Source: Phoronis australis
Taxonomy: Eukaryota; Animalia; Phoronida
Direction: 5' to 3'
DNA length: 64,000 nucleotides
Assembly (NCBI GenBank): GCA_002633005.1
Contig: NMRA01000537.1
Span: 206,965 to 270,964 of the forward strand
Positions 38,801-50,000 of this stretch are shown here, in pieces. The notes under the pieces were generated by a model. The model made no database searches, had not been told where the DNA came from, and saw only the letters and a program-made list of their open reading frames with translations. The position numbers and the translations under genes were made by a program. The stretch's first letter is position 1. Every line of letters starts with the position of its first letter.

Positions 38801-39079
38801 CCACCATTCTCCGAGGTCATAACGTCACCGGTAGTAACAACTGACACTCTACTGGATATACTGACTACCGCGTCATCGATGCCCTCCACTTTGACGTTGT
38901 CAACGTCATCTGGGGAAATGTTTGGCAGCGGCATGACAATTCAGTCAGAGGACATGGGCCAAGGTTCATCAGGCGAAAGTTTGTTGACACATCTGACCAG
39001 CATTTTAAATGAGCAGGACTTGGGTGTTGGGTTGAATGAAGAGGTGTCTTCTGGTGAAACTCGGCCAATGAAACATTAG
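14745..39079 (+). CDS. STAT: Divergent STAT5/6-like transcription factor, whole gene span (16 coding exons, ~724 aa)
   Basis: Phase-consistent exon chain encodes N-domain (FPIDIRHDLARWIESANW), coiled-coil remnant (WRRHQQL), DNA-binding domain (SFIIERQ; NATATLLWDSAFAEP), linker (FTFWRWF), SH2 (GTFILRFSE), Tyr tail (EDYKLPIKKL) and Ser/Thr-rich acidic C-terminus. Confidence 0.95.
15464..15998. mobile_element. hAT-like MITE with 5-bp target duplication
   Basis: Termini CAGCGCTC(A/G)A...TCGAGCACTG; AAAGG at 15459-15463 and 15999-16003. Confidence 0.6.
16396..16504 (+). CDS. STAT: STAT exon 2
   Basis: tgtag|G...GAG|gtattg; MSFCCSDPDGIDVMKSLKQQCGSPTLQQNQSLRDLE; phase 2 to 0. Confidence 0.75.
16516..16720. 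mobile_element. Truncated copy of the CAGGGCTTGGAA MITE
   Basis: Homologous to 20293-20787 and 55537-56046; starts 12 nt into STAT intron 2. Confidence 0.7.
18617..18697 (+). CDS. STAT: STAT exon 3
   Basis: ttcag|AAA...GGG|gtgagt; KMFPNIQDMEKILETCHRKLTTTSQMG; phase 0 to 0; weak homology. Confidence 0.65.
18848..19002. repeat. Compound (TG)/(TCTG)/(TA) microsatellite
   Basis: Directly visible; source of spurious VCVC/TQTD ORFs. Confidence 0.9.
20293..20787. mobile_element. ~495 bp hAT-like MITE with 6-bp target duplication
   Basis: Termini CAAGGCTTGGAA...TTCCAAGCCCTG; TATAAT at 20287-20292 and 20788-20793. Confidence 0.85.
22479..22615 (+). CDS. STAT: STAT exon 4 (coiled-coil remnant)
   Basis: APSEHFEDLLSIWKNLQSALEMWRRHQQLVFITEEEVVSLDSLQP resembles STAT WKRRQQL...SLD.LQ; phase 0 to 2. 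Confidence 0.85.
23048..24013 (+). mobile_element. DINE-1/Helentron-like non-autonomous element
   Basis: T-rich start, CTGTCTGTCCGTC microsatellite, internal degenerate repeats each carrying GAAATTTTGCA-like cores, end CTCTTGT. Family inferred from architecture only. Confidence 0.5.
24047..24139 (+). CDS. STAT: STAT exon 5
   Basis: FDLLATVLAHYAKQPETQKRAKELLEEVVK; ttcag acceptor, gtgagt donor; phase 2 to 2. Confidence 0.85.
25235..25321 (+). CDS. STAT: STAT exon 6 (start of DNA-binding domain)
   Basis: SFIIERQHPQNLKHISSSKKGIKFSLLVR; cf. STAT5 TFIIEKQPPQVLK...KFAATVR. Confidence 0.92.
25495..26370 (-). mobile_element. Truncated copy of the CATG-ended element
   Basis: Begins CATGCTATAAACACTTCCACTAAA; reverse complement of ~10420-11348. 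Confidence 0.85.
27086..27293 (+). CDS. STAT: STAT exon 7
   Basis: FLAGSVLKANSRPAVTVTFHCE...WCTDLTENLK|gtgagt; phase 2 to 0. Confidence 0.9.
27698..27950. mobile_element. 253 bp CAGGG-ended MITE
   Basis: Termini CAGGGCTTAGAAT...ATTCTGAGCCCTG; flanks AAGATG / TAGATG (6-bp duplication with one mismatch). Confidence 0.65.
27953..28120. repeat. 28-bp minisatellite, 6 perfect copies
   Basis: Unit GATGAACACTCTTATTGATATCAGAAGG; no spacers. Confidence 0.95.
28596..28721 (+). CDS. STAT: STAT exon 8
   Basis: IIAFRKCDEKKSTEEVSERKYGFRVETTVEVEVLRAKKIKLE; phase 0 to 0. Confidence 0.88.
29337..29429 (+). CDS. STAT: STAT exon 9
   Basis: AVTLPVIITTQTSQDCNATATLLWDSAFAEP; cf. STAT5 SLPVVVIVHGSQD.NATATVLWDNAFAEP. 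Confidence 0.95.
29449..31311. repeat. ~0.8 kb direct duplication joined at N 30504; only the first copy carries a CATG-element left end (30255-30503)
   Basis: 29449-30254 vs 30505-31311 near-identical. Confidence 0.9.
31658..31793 (+). CDS. STAT: STAT exon 10 (linker)
   Basis: GRQCYYVPDRVPWPKLASVLSRRFKATTGRGLDAHQKQCLAKKLC; phase 0 to 1. Confidence 0.95.
32132..32196 (+). CDS. STAT: STAT exon 11
   Basis: GNKKTDYQRNGNGTVTWAAFNK; cf. VSWSQFNR. Confidence 0.9.
32935..33026 (+). CDS. STAT: STAT exon 12
   Basis: TKMCKDFTFWRWFYAVNNLVKKHLKKPWQDG. Confidence 0.95.
33662..34945 (-). mobile_element. CATG-ended element with both termini and an internal N gap
   Basis: ta|CATGCTATGAACATTCCCACTAAA ... 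TTTAGTGGATGTGTTCACGACATG|ta; 2-bp TA on both flanks. Confidence 0.85.
35268..35668. mobile_element. ~400 bp foldback MITE with ~50-bp TIRs
   Basis: TGAACTTGGAATCTTGCTTAATCTCAAGAT ... ATCTTGAGATTAAGCAGGATTCCAAGTTCA; second copy at ~58646-59004. Confidence 0.75.
36154..36271 (+). repeat. 43-bp tandem repeat triplicating the SH2-exon splice acceptor
   Basis: CATCTTTTGTTCACAG|GCTCA with AG ending at 36180, 36223 and 36266. Confidence 0.9.
36267..36433 (+). CDS. STAT: STAT exon 13 (SH2 core)
   Basis: LIHGFIDKAEVKEKLREEGLKSGTFILRFSEKNIEDNQSTHFGGGLCVAYMEKSE. Confidence 0.95.
37098..37289 (+). CDS. STAT: STAT exon 14 (SH2 C-terminal half)
   Basis: GHTEIEFVYPFMASEFEQTPFCKYL...SPLNFLYPNKPFLQAFADCIQEEK; cf. 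L.YLYPDIPKDEAF. Confidence 0.92.
38037..38115 (+). CDS. STAT: STAT exon 15 (phosphotyrosine tail)
   Basis: AKLPASDEPGLLEDYKLPIKKLTIQSR; Tyr ~590 in the position of STAT5 GYVKPQIK; phase 1 to 2. Confidence 0.85.
38710..39079 (+). CDS. STAT: STAT exon 16 (Ser/Thr-rich acidic tail and stop)
   Basis: gctag|G acceptor in phase; QRSAMSSPAH...ETRPMKH*; AATAAA candidates near 40160 and 40242. Confidence 0.8.
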
Positions 39080-42000
39080 CTTACTTAAAAGGGGCAGTTC
39101 TGTTCCTGGGTTGAGTTTATTGCTCGCCGCGCTTTGTATGGAGTGGTTTGAATTAAGTGGTTGTGGGCATTGGGAATTTTTAAAAACTTAAGCTTAGAAA
39201 ATGTGAACGAATGTGTTGGTAAACATTGAGAATTTTTGAAAATTGAAACTTGGAATATCTGAAGGGATGATGTAGTGTTTGTTCAGATTAAGAATTTTCA
39301 AAAATTGAGAAGTGGAAATATCTGACAGTTTGTGTTAAGTGGTTGAAGGAATGGACAATTTTCAAAAATTGGAGCTTTATCTGAAAGCAGTCGGATATAA
39401 CGCAAGTTTTGGACGCTATTGAAAATTTAAAGTTGATAGACGTTGGCTTATAATTGGAAACCACGATCTGTGAAAGAATTAAGATTGATATACTTACTGC
39501 TTTGCACTATTGCGGTACTGGTAGTCGTCTGCTCATCTTTGAGACAGCTTTTGTAGAAAACTCACCAGAAATTGTCCTCGATGCAAATGTGCTTGTCATG
39601 GTGTGCTGGTGTTTTGTTCAGGGGAGAAAACCATAGCTTCCCAAAATCCCAGAAGAAAGCAGATTAATTTTGTCAAATGGCGTGTGCTAGAATCATGCTT
39701 GAGTGAAACTGATGAAACCTTGCTTTCTTCAGGGGTGGCAAATGCCAAGTTGTAAAATTGTGCTAAAAGCTCTGAAATTTGTTGAGTGACTTGTAGAACA
39801 GTAAAAAGGTTATGTGATAAATAAGTGTAATTTTATTCTGTGAAGTTTGTGTAAGAGATCTGTTCATATATGTCCCATGTGCTAGTTAGGTAAAATAGTT
39901 GCTTATAAAAATTTATTACAAGATTCACATTGTTTCTGAAGACATATTTTAAATAAGAATTCATTATACTTAGATTTAGTTTTATTAATTCTTTTTAAGG
40001 CAGTCCCGTGTGCATTAGCATGCAGATGGTATGTTTCTGCTTAGCTTGCACTAATGTAAACCATCACAATGTCTATGATTCAGGGCCTTTGATAGACGGA
40101 CTATATGATTATGTGTTGTGGAGTTAGCTGGTTTAATTACCGTTTCCAATCATTTCGTGAATAAATAGACGTTTGAAATTATATTCCTCTTATGGTGCAG
40201 TGTTGTTCTCACCAGTTCATAATGGTGCAGTTCTCACACAAAATAAATTCATGTAATTTTCCTGTTATTTGGAGTGGGCTAAGAAAACTGAATAGGTGTA
40301 CTTTGTAGTCAACGGTCATGCGAGGTTATCTGTAGTAAGTGTTGCCAACTGCCTGTTTGTGAATGCAGCCTACAGGTTACCAATGTGCAAGGGGGGTCAC
40401 TTATATTGACAAGGTACCCACAGGTGTATACCAAAAATTGCAGGTAGGCGGTACTTTTTTAGCAAGTTTTGTGGGACCCGCACGGGGTCTGATAGGCCCC
40501 TAAATTTCCATTTCATCCCCGCAAAAGGCCCACTGCATTGGCCTTGGCCCTGAAAAATGCGCACTGACCATCTTCTTACAGAAAAATCTACCCCGCAAAA
40601 GGGGGTGGGAACTAGCAGACCTGGCATTCGCAATAGGGTGTCTCAGCAATCTGCAGGCACCTTGTCAATGTGAGTGACCCCCCCCCCCCCCCACCCCCAG
40701 GGCACCATGATCCCATTAAAAGTGACTTTAAGTTATGTTACGGAGTTCAAAGAGTGCTTTACCCCCTCATTGGCGAAACACTACTTAGAGCATATAATTT
40801 AAGAGTCCTAAACAGACAAGTCAATTGCTACATGGTAACAATCCGTACACTTTGTTAGTTGAAATTCAACTTTTAATTATGCATATTCATCAGATACAAG
40901 GAAACTCAAAGAAAAGTCAAAGGCAGACCTATACCAGAGTTCATACACATTTCATGAACACAGATCTGATTCTCCATTAAAATTCCTGTTTACATTTTCC
41001 GTCTACATACAAATTAGACCATCGAAATGGGTGTAAAGAGCTATTTCAATTCAAGCTATTGGTCTAATACTCTACCTATATGAGATAAAACAAAGTAAGT
41101 ACAGAGCAGTGTATAAGGCTAGCACCATTATCAACTAAAGCTTATTATTGTACAAAATATTACAACCTAATTCTTGCAATCTATAAAGCGCCATTCACAA
41201 TTATGCCATTTTCAAAAGTGTACAAAATGCATGCTATTGACAAAAATAGCTATGCGAACAACACTAGGCCAAAAAAGCTTAGTTTATAGTTCAGGGGCCT
41301 GTTCCAAGAAACTTAAGTTTCCTAAAACGTGCCCCTGAACTATAAACTTAAAAGTTCATTTTTGACTTAGCTAAGTCAGTTTTCTTGGGACAGGACCTTG
41401 GTCAGTTTTTTAGTAGAAAGACAAGTATTAGGTGCGACGTATTAGTTGTTCATTTATTTCAAAAAAGCAAATCCACTTGTAACAGCAAACTTGCTGCGTC
41501 TTCGTGCAGATCTTACTTGAAATTGATGTGGGCGGACATTTTTTTTCATCGCAGAGCACAGGTCTCAAAATGACCACAACGCATTTTCCTCGTTTGCCAC
41601 CATCGACAGGTTTTTCCATTCACACTCTGGCAGAACAACCACACCAACATCAGCATCATCACAAAACCTCGTGTTCAAACGGGACATTTTTCAAACGTCC
41701 TGACACTACAACTAAAATACAGAGAGATTACAGAACTTGTCCTCATCTCTTTTATTCTTGCCACAAAAATATCAACATCACAATTGCAAAAATGGCAATA
41801 ATCGTGAAAAGTGCCTAAACAAGTTCAAGGTCGCCGTTATATTTTCTTGTTACACTACGTAAATGATTGTCAAAAACTAAAAATATTCTACTCAACCTTT
41901 ATTGAACACATTTTTCTGGGTACGACCTAGTTATTATAAAACTTGGATACATTATTTTCTAATTAACTAATTAATATCCACATGACTAATTAATACCCAC

Positions 42001-42553
42001 ATAACCCAAAAACGGATGTGGCAATTCTTCACTTCTTCAGCACACAATATGGCCGATGAAAGAAATTCTAAAAATAGTCAGAAATTTTCATTCTATATCT
42101 AGTGCAGTTTGTACAACATTTGGTGAAGATTTCATTATCTGTAGGAAAATTATCGGCCTTTGAAAAATAGAAAAATGACAATATCAGCGATTATTTTTGT
42201 GCGAAATGAGTGGAAAATTACCATTATCATCATTAAGTATGCTTAACTTAACTAGTAGATAAAGATTTCAAGATACTGGCCAAGGAAGCCCAGAAACTGG
42301 ACAAGACAGGGGGCGCTTGAGATTTCTCCATTACTGCACTGCAAAAATGCTCGTCAGAATGGCCCGTTCGCACCCCCCCCCCATTATATGTGCCTACCTT
42401 AAAGCTAATTCAATATAAATCACCATGACATCACTTCGTGTCATATCACAACTTAATAAGTAGACGCGATAGATGTTTAAATCTCATTTGGTACTCAGGC
42501 TCAATTGTCAACACAATCGTAAGTTTTCACACAGCACACATACGTGTTACCAG

Positions 42554-42834
42554 GGGTCTGTTTCATTTAAAGAGACTTAAAGGCTACTTGCGACAAAAAT
42601 TTGGTCTTACACTACCGCTTTTCAATTGCTGAAAAAGTTTGGCCGAGTAACGGCGAGAGAATCACAGTCAGTCTAGATATGATTGATAGAAATTATCTCA
42701 GTAACCAGCAGATATGTGCTTAATTCAAAGAATTTGCAATGTTACTCAAGTGAGGTTTCGTTATTTTACAGAAATGGTTTTGTGGAGTGCAAGACCAAAT
42801 TTCTGTCTTAAGTCCCTTGTCATGAAACAGGCCC
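42554..42834. mobile_element. PIF/Harbinger-like MITE
   Basis: cag|GGGTCTGTTTCAT ... ATGAAACAGGCCC|cag; 3-bp CAG duplication; related fragment near 20150-20200. Confidence 0.65.
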
Positions 42835-43817
42835 CAGTAAACAAGTCATTACAAGTAATTTGGTTTTGTACACTTCCTACCAGCAATGCTCAAGGTTATG
42901 TACCCTAGAAAAATATACAAACATAGCAAATATCGAAACATCACATCGGATGAACCAATCTCCAAAATGATATTCACTACTTGCACCCTTTGGTGGCGCA
43001 ACAAAAAAATTATTGTTGTGAATTGTTGTTCAGGACACAATGCCTCATTTTAGCATCAATTTTAACAACGCAAAAATGAAAGCGCGCGTGTTCCAAACGT
43101 GAAGAACTACTTGCACACTTGGTGGCGCTGCTGTAATTTGGACACAACACCTCGTTCTCAAGCACAATGGTAAATTTGTGAAAGTAGTAAATTAGGAAAT
43201 GTAGCATTTTGGCGCGAGAGGCCCAAAAATTTGGACTCAATGGATTTTTATAAAAAAAAATTTGCATGAAACGAAAATGATGGATATGTGTATTTGAACA
43301 GGAAAAATAGAGTAATTACAATTGATCACATGACAACAGTATTGATGTGCGCGTCCTGGAACAAACTCTCCGGACTAAATTACTCACCCAGGTGCCAGCA
43401 CCGTGCTACATGAGTTACTGGAAATCCAACCAGGACATGCTATGCCGAATGTCGCACAAGCGAACACATCAACTTGTGATGTGTCTACATGTTTTCATTG
43501 CAATATTTTCTACTTCATTTGAAGTCCATGCGATGGTGTCAACGAAGAAAGTTGTATTAAAAAACCTAACAACAATTGAAAAGAAAATTGGAAAGGAATT
43601 TCATAAGTACTGTACCAATACCAATTTCAATTACAAAATGTTGTCATATAAGCATCTTGTTTCATTAATTTTCAAAAACCTCATAATTAATCCATTACTT
43701 TTGCAGAAAAATTGATTAAATTTTTTCAAAAGTTTTGTGCCAAATAAAGAGAACAGCTCGACATCACTGTATCCTACATCGCCAACACTATTTTTCAGCA
43801 AAGATTACCCACAACTC

Positions 43818-44067
43818 CTACAACTCATCATGGCTAAGGAGATTATGTGGCTCCGGGCCTCTGGGCTCCGGCACTTTAACACTCTCCGATTCCTCGACGC
43901 CGCCCCTATCATCGGTTGGACCAATCAGCTTGTCACTAATCACAGTGGAATCCTCCGTGTCCGAGATGTAGTGAGCCTCGCCAGTATAGTGCGTGGGGAA
44001 CACCAACATGGGTTCTGCGGAAAACGCAATCAAATCGCGTGGCTCGAAGTGTTTAAACCACTCCTCC
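43818..44067 (-). CDS. COLGALT1: COLGALT last exon
   Basis: EEWFKHFEPRDLIAFSAEPMLVFPTHYTGEAHYISDTE...SHDEL*. Confidence 0.95.
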
Positions 44068-47000
44068 CTGAAATTGAACAGAAGCAAACAGAATGACTCA
44101 CAATTCATCACTGAAATACTTTTACTAAAACGGTTATCAACAGTTTTGGTGAATTTTTACATATAATAAATAGTGTATTTCTCTATATCGGAAGAAATCA
44201 GTATACAATATCTCAATTATTGAGAAAATATCGCAAGATTTCACCTTTCATGAATGCAAGTTTTCGTAAGCTACTTTGAAACATAGTTTCTTCGACCTTT
44301 AACCTCTAAGAATTTGACCGTTGACATACAAACCTGGGGTGCCTGTTGAACATGATAGGCAGATACTCGTCCACTGGGATCATCTTCTCCAATGGTTTTT
44401 GTCCCAGCAGTTTCTTGGCACCCTTTATTGACAGCATGTAACTAAGCGTCCAATAGGAGTAGCCGACATAAACAAGGCTGGGTGCTCCATGGACTTCAGG
44501 TTCATACTCCTGGACCAACCTCTTCCTGCCTACATAGCTAGAATACACAACAGAGAAAGACTGGGTAAGTGAATAGAGTTGCTTGACTGTGTACAGGAGG
44601 CTTCGAACTCACCAGTGGTTGATACTGTCAAAGGGGTCTCAGCAATCTATAAAATGTCCAACCTAAGGGGAACGGGATATATACCTTTGCCTACTCAAAG
44701 CAATGCAAAATTTAAAAAAGGCACACTGGTTACACCTGTTTAACTCTATTTCCTTTTTTAATTACACCTCAGAACTTGAATGACATCAAGGTCAACTTGG
44801 TGTCCAAGAGAGGGAGCTCTCACCTGGTCACTAACTCAAACACACATTCAAACAACAATGACTGCTGTGGTTGACAGACAGATATAAACAGAACAAGAAG
44901 TGCAATAGTTTTATATTTAGCAAGTTTTGTATCCAGGAAATCATCAGTATTTTTCAAAACATTGGCGTATAATGTAGTTTCTATAATTGATTTTGATCCC
45001 CAAAAATGACGATTTACCTGAGGTCACTTGTACGCTCAGATACTCATCCATGTAAATGCTCAAGGCATTTTACTAGAAAATCTCACACAGGGGGTGGGTA
45101 TTAAGTTGAGTATGGTGTTTAAAAGTGAATGTTTTGAAGTTGTAGTAGGTATTTACAAAAACTACCAGTTTGGGTTGACAGTCAGAGATACACTTCCATC
45201 TGAGTCTGACTGCTAATTCAAGAATTAATTTTATATATCATAAATAACGAGACAATGGATACAGAAATTGGAAAACGTTTAAACGTTAATTTGACACTAC
45301 TTTTTGTGAAAAAATAACAGAATATGAAATTTCAATCATCAGTTACTTATCCTAAATTGTCAAGATTTCACCAAACACAGTGTCACAGTTCACCACCCAC
45401 AAATCACTAAATACTTGAGATTCTAAGACTGCAGGTGTTTTTAAATCTGTATGCTTACACCAAGTCCCAAATTGTTTCAGATTCTTTCAACTGATTTAAA
45501 ATACGCTGAATCTTCCTCCGAAAGAATGCCTCAAAGCGAACATCGTCCTCAAACAGAAGCGCCCTCTGGTAGCCATTCTTGACAATCTGCAATTGCACAA
45601 ATTAAGCAATCATTCATTTAAATTGTCAGGTCGGACTCTATGGCTTGATCAGCTGACTGCGGCAAACATATCAAACAAACAATCCTGCCGAGAAACAGGT
45701 CCACACAATGTAAACCTCAAATCAACTTCTGCCGAATAAGTTTATGTAGGAAAAACATTTACCAGCCACGAGACGATAAACAAACTTAACTTTAACGTAA
45801 AGCATTGACCATTTCAACACTACTACTGATGGTTCCTCCACTTTTCCATTCAAAATGACTTGACATCCAGAGGATCCTCAAAACTACAGAAAGCAAACTG
45901 CGCGCTATTGGTGCGAAACAACCAAGAGAAGTCATCGCTGGTGCGAAACAACCAAGATCAGTCAAGCCCAAAGAGAGTCTCACTTACATCTTCCCAAATA
46001 AAGTAGTGACTGAGGAAGCAGCCTATCTCGCCCATTGTCATTGGTCGGCTGAAAAACAAAAAAGAAACATAGGATTTTCTCAATAGTAAATGAGCAAAGA
46101 AAATAACATAACGCAACTGCCAACATGTTTCGACTGCTCCTCTGTCATTTTTAAAACAAAGGAAATGTGGCTGCCCATGGGTGTCAATAAATTGAGAAAA
46201 CCTACCTAAAGCACAAGTAGACCTATGATTCCACATTTTGTAGTTAGCCTTGCTAATGTAGGTATTCTCATTTTAGTGACATCCTGTATTAGGGCAGCCA
46301 TATTTCCTTAACCTTTAGAATGATGGTGGAGCTGTTGAAACACATGTTGTCAGTTGTTATTTTCTTTTTCATTTAATAAAGGATATTAAAATAAATTTCT
46401 CCAATTTTAATACTTTAGCTCAAAGCTGGTGCATAAAATTATTCTACTGAAACTAAAAGGGAGTTGACTTTCAGAAAAAAACATGACATAATTTTCTGTT
46501 TCACAGAGGCTGGGCTCCATTGACATCACTGGTTCCAAGACACCAGATTACTTCTCAATGACGACTTCTGGCTTACAGAGAAATAAGTTGTTTTACACCC
46601 TGACCAGGAGGAACTGGCAATGTCAATCAAATGCAATCATAAGATTATTCACTAACTTTTATTACCTTCCATCGTAGGGGTCAGCAAACCCAGGTATCTG
46701 TTTTACACCCAGCTTCTCAAGGTATGACTCATTCAGCTTTCTGCAGGTAAAATATACCAAAAATGGATCATTATATACAACCATAAAAACATTCCAAAGT
46801 GTTCACAACATTTAAAGCAATAATGATTTAACAATTTAAGTTTGTTGCGATTTATGAGTGTTTTCACCTGCCACCAAGTTTCTTCTGAAACAAAAACCTC
46901 AAAACTTTGCATATTGGCAATCTTAGTTTCACTGCCATTATCACCTTCTTGCAGCCAACATGTGGCTCCCTCTGTCAACAAAACAAATGAAAGCGCTCTG

Positions 47001-50000
47001 AGGAGCGAAACTTGGCGAAATTAACCAAAAAAGATGACGATAAAGACGATGATGAAGATGACGAATATGACGACGATGGTGGCGAGGATGAACAAAAGAA
47101 GTAATAATAACATACACATGACGAACGTAGAAGTCCGAAATCAGTAAGAAAAAGGCTACAGTCTTGAGTGACACTTGGCGAAATTATCGGAAAAGACAAC
47201 GACGGAGATGATGACGAAGATGACGATGATGGTGGTGGCGATGATGAACAACATCTCAACATTCATATGACGAACTTAGATGTCATAAATAAATAAGAAA
47301 TAGGCTACAGCCTAGTACAATAGAAGATAAACTAACACCAATGCAGCAAGAGCGCTCAACAAAGGAACAGCGTTATCAGAAAATCTCAAATAACTCGAAA
47401 AGTAGACGTCCTAGCGAAAAATGGAAACCATCTTCTGAAAGCCCGTTCAAAATTCTATCTAAACTGATGGTATCGCCTAATTCCGTAATTTTTTCGAAAA
47501 AAATGAAATTTTGCGTTTTTTTAAAGAAATTCAAAGTCAAATAACTCGAAAACGGTAAGTCTGAGAAAAAAAATGTTACAGGCCATTTGAAAGATTATAC
47601 TTCAAAGAATCCACATACAAAAAATCACGTCTTTTTCTCTTCCCGTTTAAAATCGCACTCCAGCACGACTGAAAATGGGTCAACATGCGCCAGATACGCC
47701 ATCTTTTAAGCAACTTCCGGTTTTTTGTGTCAGTATAATAGCATGTCATAAAAAATAGAACCTGTAAAAATTCGAAGGAATTGGTCTGACAATGCGCCCT
47801 CTACAGGAAAAAACGTTTCAGGCCAAAATCGAGGTGCGCATGCGCGATCGCCGATATTTCTGCCATGTTTAACCGGAAGTAAACAATTTAAGGTATACCT
47901 GTAAAAAACTTCCGGTCCATTTACTGTGCCGATTCTTAGCCTTTTACGTAAAAAATTGTAGCCTCCAGAAGCATTTGAACCTTTAAATGAAAACAAAATG
48001 GCCGCCACAGCTGCCATCTTGGATCCGATTTTGACGAAAAACAATAGGCTTCCAGTACTTCCGAAAGTACGTGTTATGTGTAAATTTCGTGATGATCGGA
48101 CGAAAATTGCGACCTGTATCGTGCGAACAAACAAAAAAAAAACAAACTTAGTGGAAGAGCAACATACTTGGCGAAATTTATTTCGCCAAGTAATAACCCA
48201 TTGCCACACTCCTCTCACATTCCTCTGTTGTATTCATTCTTTGTAAATAGGAGAAGGCATGTCATTTGGCATCACTACTGTCTGAATCACAATACTTGCA
48301 CCAAAAGTGATGTCAGTGACATTCCACCAACAATATCCCCAAGTCTTTACAACACAAATTTTTTATGTCACTTTCATTTCACGGACATCACTCCCTCATC
48401 TTCACCACATAAAAGATGTCACTTGTATTATTCCAAACACTCCATACCACCTATCCTGCTGAACTCATCCCTACCTCTCCATATCTCAAACCACATCCAA
48501 TTTTGTTAATATTATTACCTCCATTCCACTTCCACATTTTACTGATACCCCTTTCTCCTCCCCACAATACAAATATGTCAGTCAACAGTGACAGACAGTC
48601 TGAAGCCTTTTCATCTTCACACCCACCTCCTCTAGCATGACCAGCACTCCCAGTCTCCCCTCTGCCTGTCTGATAGAATAACACAATGTCACTTCACACT
48701 AGATGACAATACTCTCTATTATCCAACACACACGAAAATGTCACTTACTTGCCATCGACAGCGTCAAACACCTTCACGTCAATCCCCAGCTCTTGTAACA
48801 TGGCCAACATTAGCCGCCTCCTCTCAGGGCGTCGTACCAGGTTGATCATGTACACCTACAAATGACAAGAATGACGATATGTGAACACCATAGAGGCCAT
48901 TTTGTGCAGAAATAACCTCTTAAATAATCTGTGTATAAGGTATGATACTCATTAAGTTACAAGCTATGTGAAAAATTAATTAATTTGCTCAAGGTCGGAG
49001 CTTGTCCTAAATTCTAGAAATGGCCAATAATGGCCACCGCAAATTCAAGAATCACCGGAAAGACAGCAAAATTACCCACTCTGAAGATTGAAAGCACATT
49101 GTCCAAAACTGGAGAAAGGCGAGTGCTAAAACCACCCTTGTCCCAATTAAATCAAGAAAAATGAATTTTCCTAAAGTTTCCAAGTCCCAAATGCTACAGA
49201 CTATCCAAATTGGATAACTTTTACCAAATAACACATCACAGAATGAAGAAAATAACAATAATGAAGTGGAAAACAAACCGACATACAATCTATCTCAAGT
49301 GGTGCTGCCATTACGAGGAAAATGAGACATGCACGTTTCATGACAAGAAATACCAACCTGATCAAAAGACATCTTGTCCTTCATGGGGTATTGCACTTTG
49401 ACGTGAGGGGAGGCCAGCAGAGGCACACCTTGGCCAATGACTAGAAGGAGGCAGGGGATAATATGCATATTGAGCTGTCAATCAACCATGTCATGAACTT
49501 TAAAGTTCTTAAAAGTCTATTGGTATTCAAATGGTTATGTAGAATTAGAAGCTAATTTGAATTTATCTCAGACACTCAAACACACAAGAAAATTTCATTT
49601 TGATTTTAATATGTTATAATCAATACCTGTAATGTCTTCTGCCTATTATTCAGCTCTAATTTTACTCATTGTCAATTTAATTTAAAAAAACATAACTTAC
49701 GAAATTTGATGAAAGTTTTTATGAGAGATATTGCAGGACATTTAATCAGAATATTGAGATGATACCAACAGATACCTCTTTGTATTTCCAAGACCAGAAA
49801 ATAAGCTGTCTGTTTGCAATTGAGACATTAGAGGACAGAGTGACATTTGAAAGCATAAATCCCACTACATGAGACCACATATCCAGGTGCCAAACAAATA
49901 GGCAAAAATCAACCAAATATTTCTGGTAACAAGAAGACGTTATAACCTGTTAGTAGTGTTGAATGACACGAGAAGCAAGGCAATAAATAGCCAATCAGAA

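Noticed and set aside
47730-48218. 162-aa ORF as a transposase or Rep-helicase fragment
   Set aside because: No recognisable catalytic motif; lies in a non-autonomous repeat.
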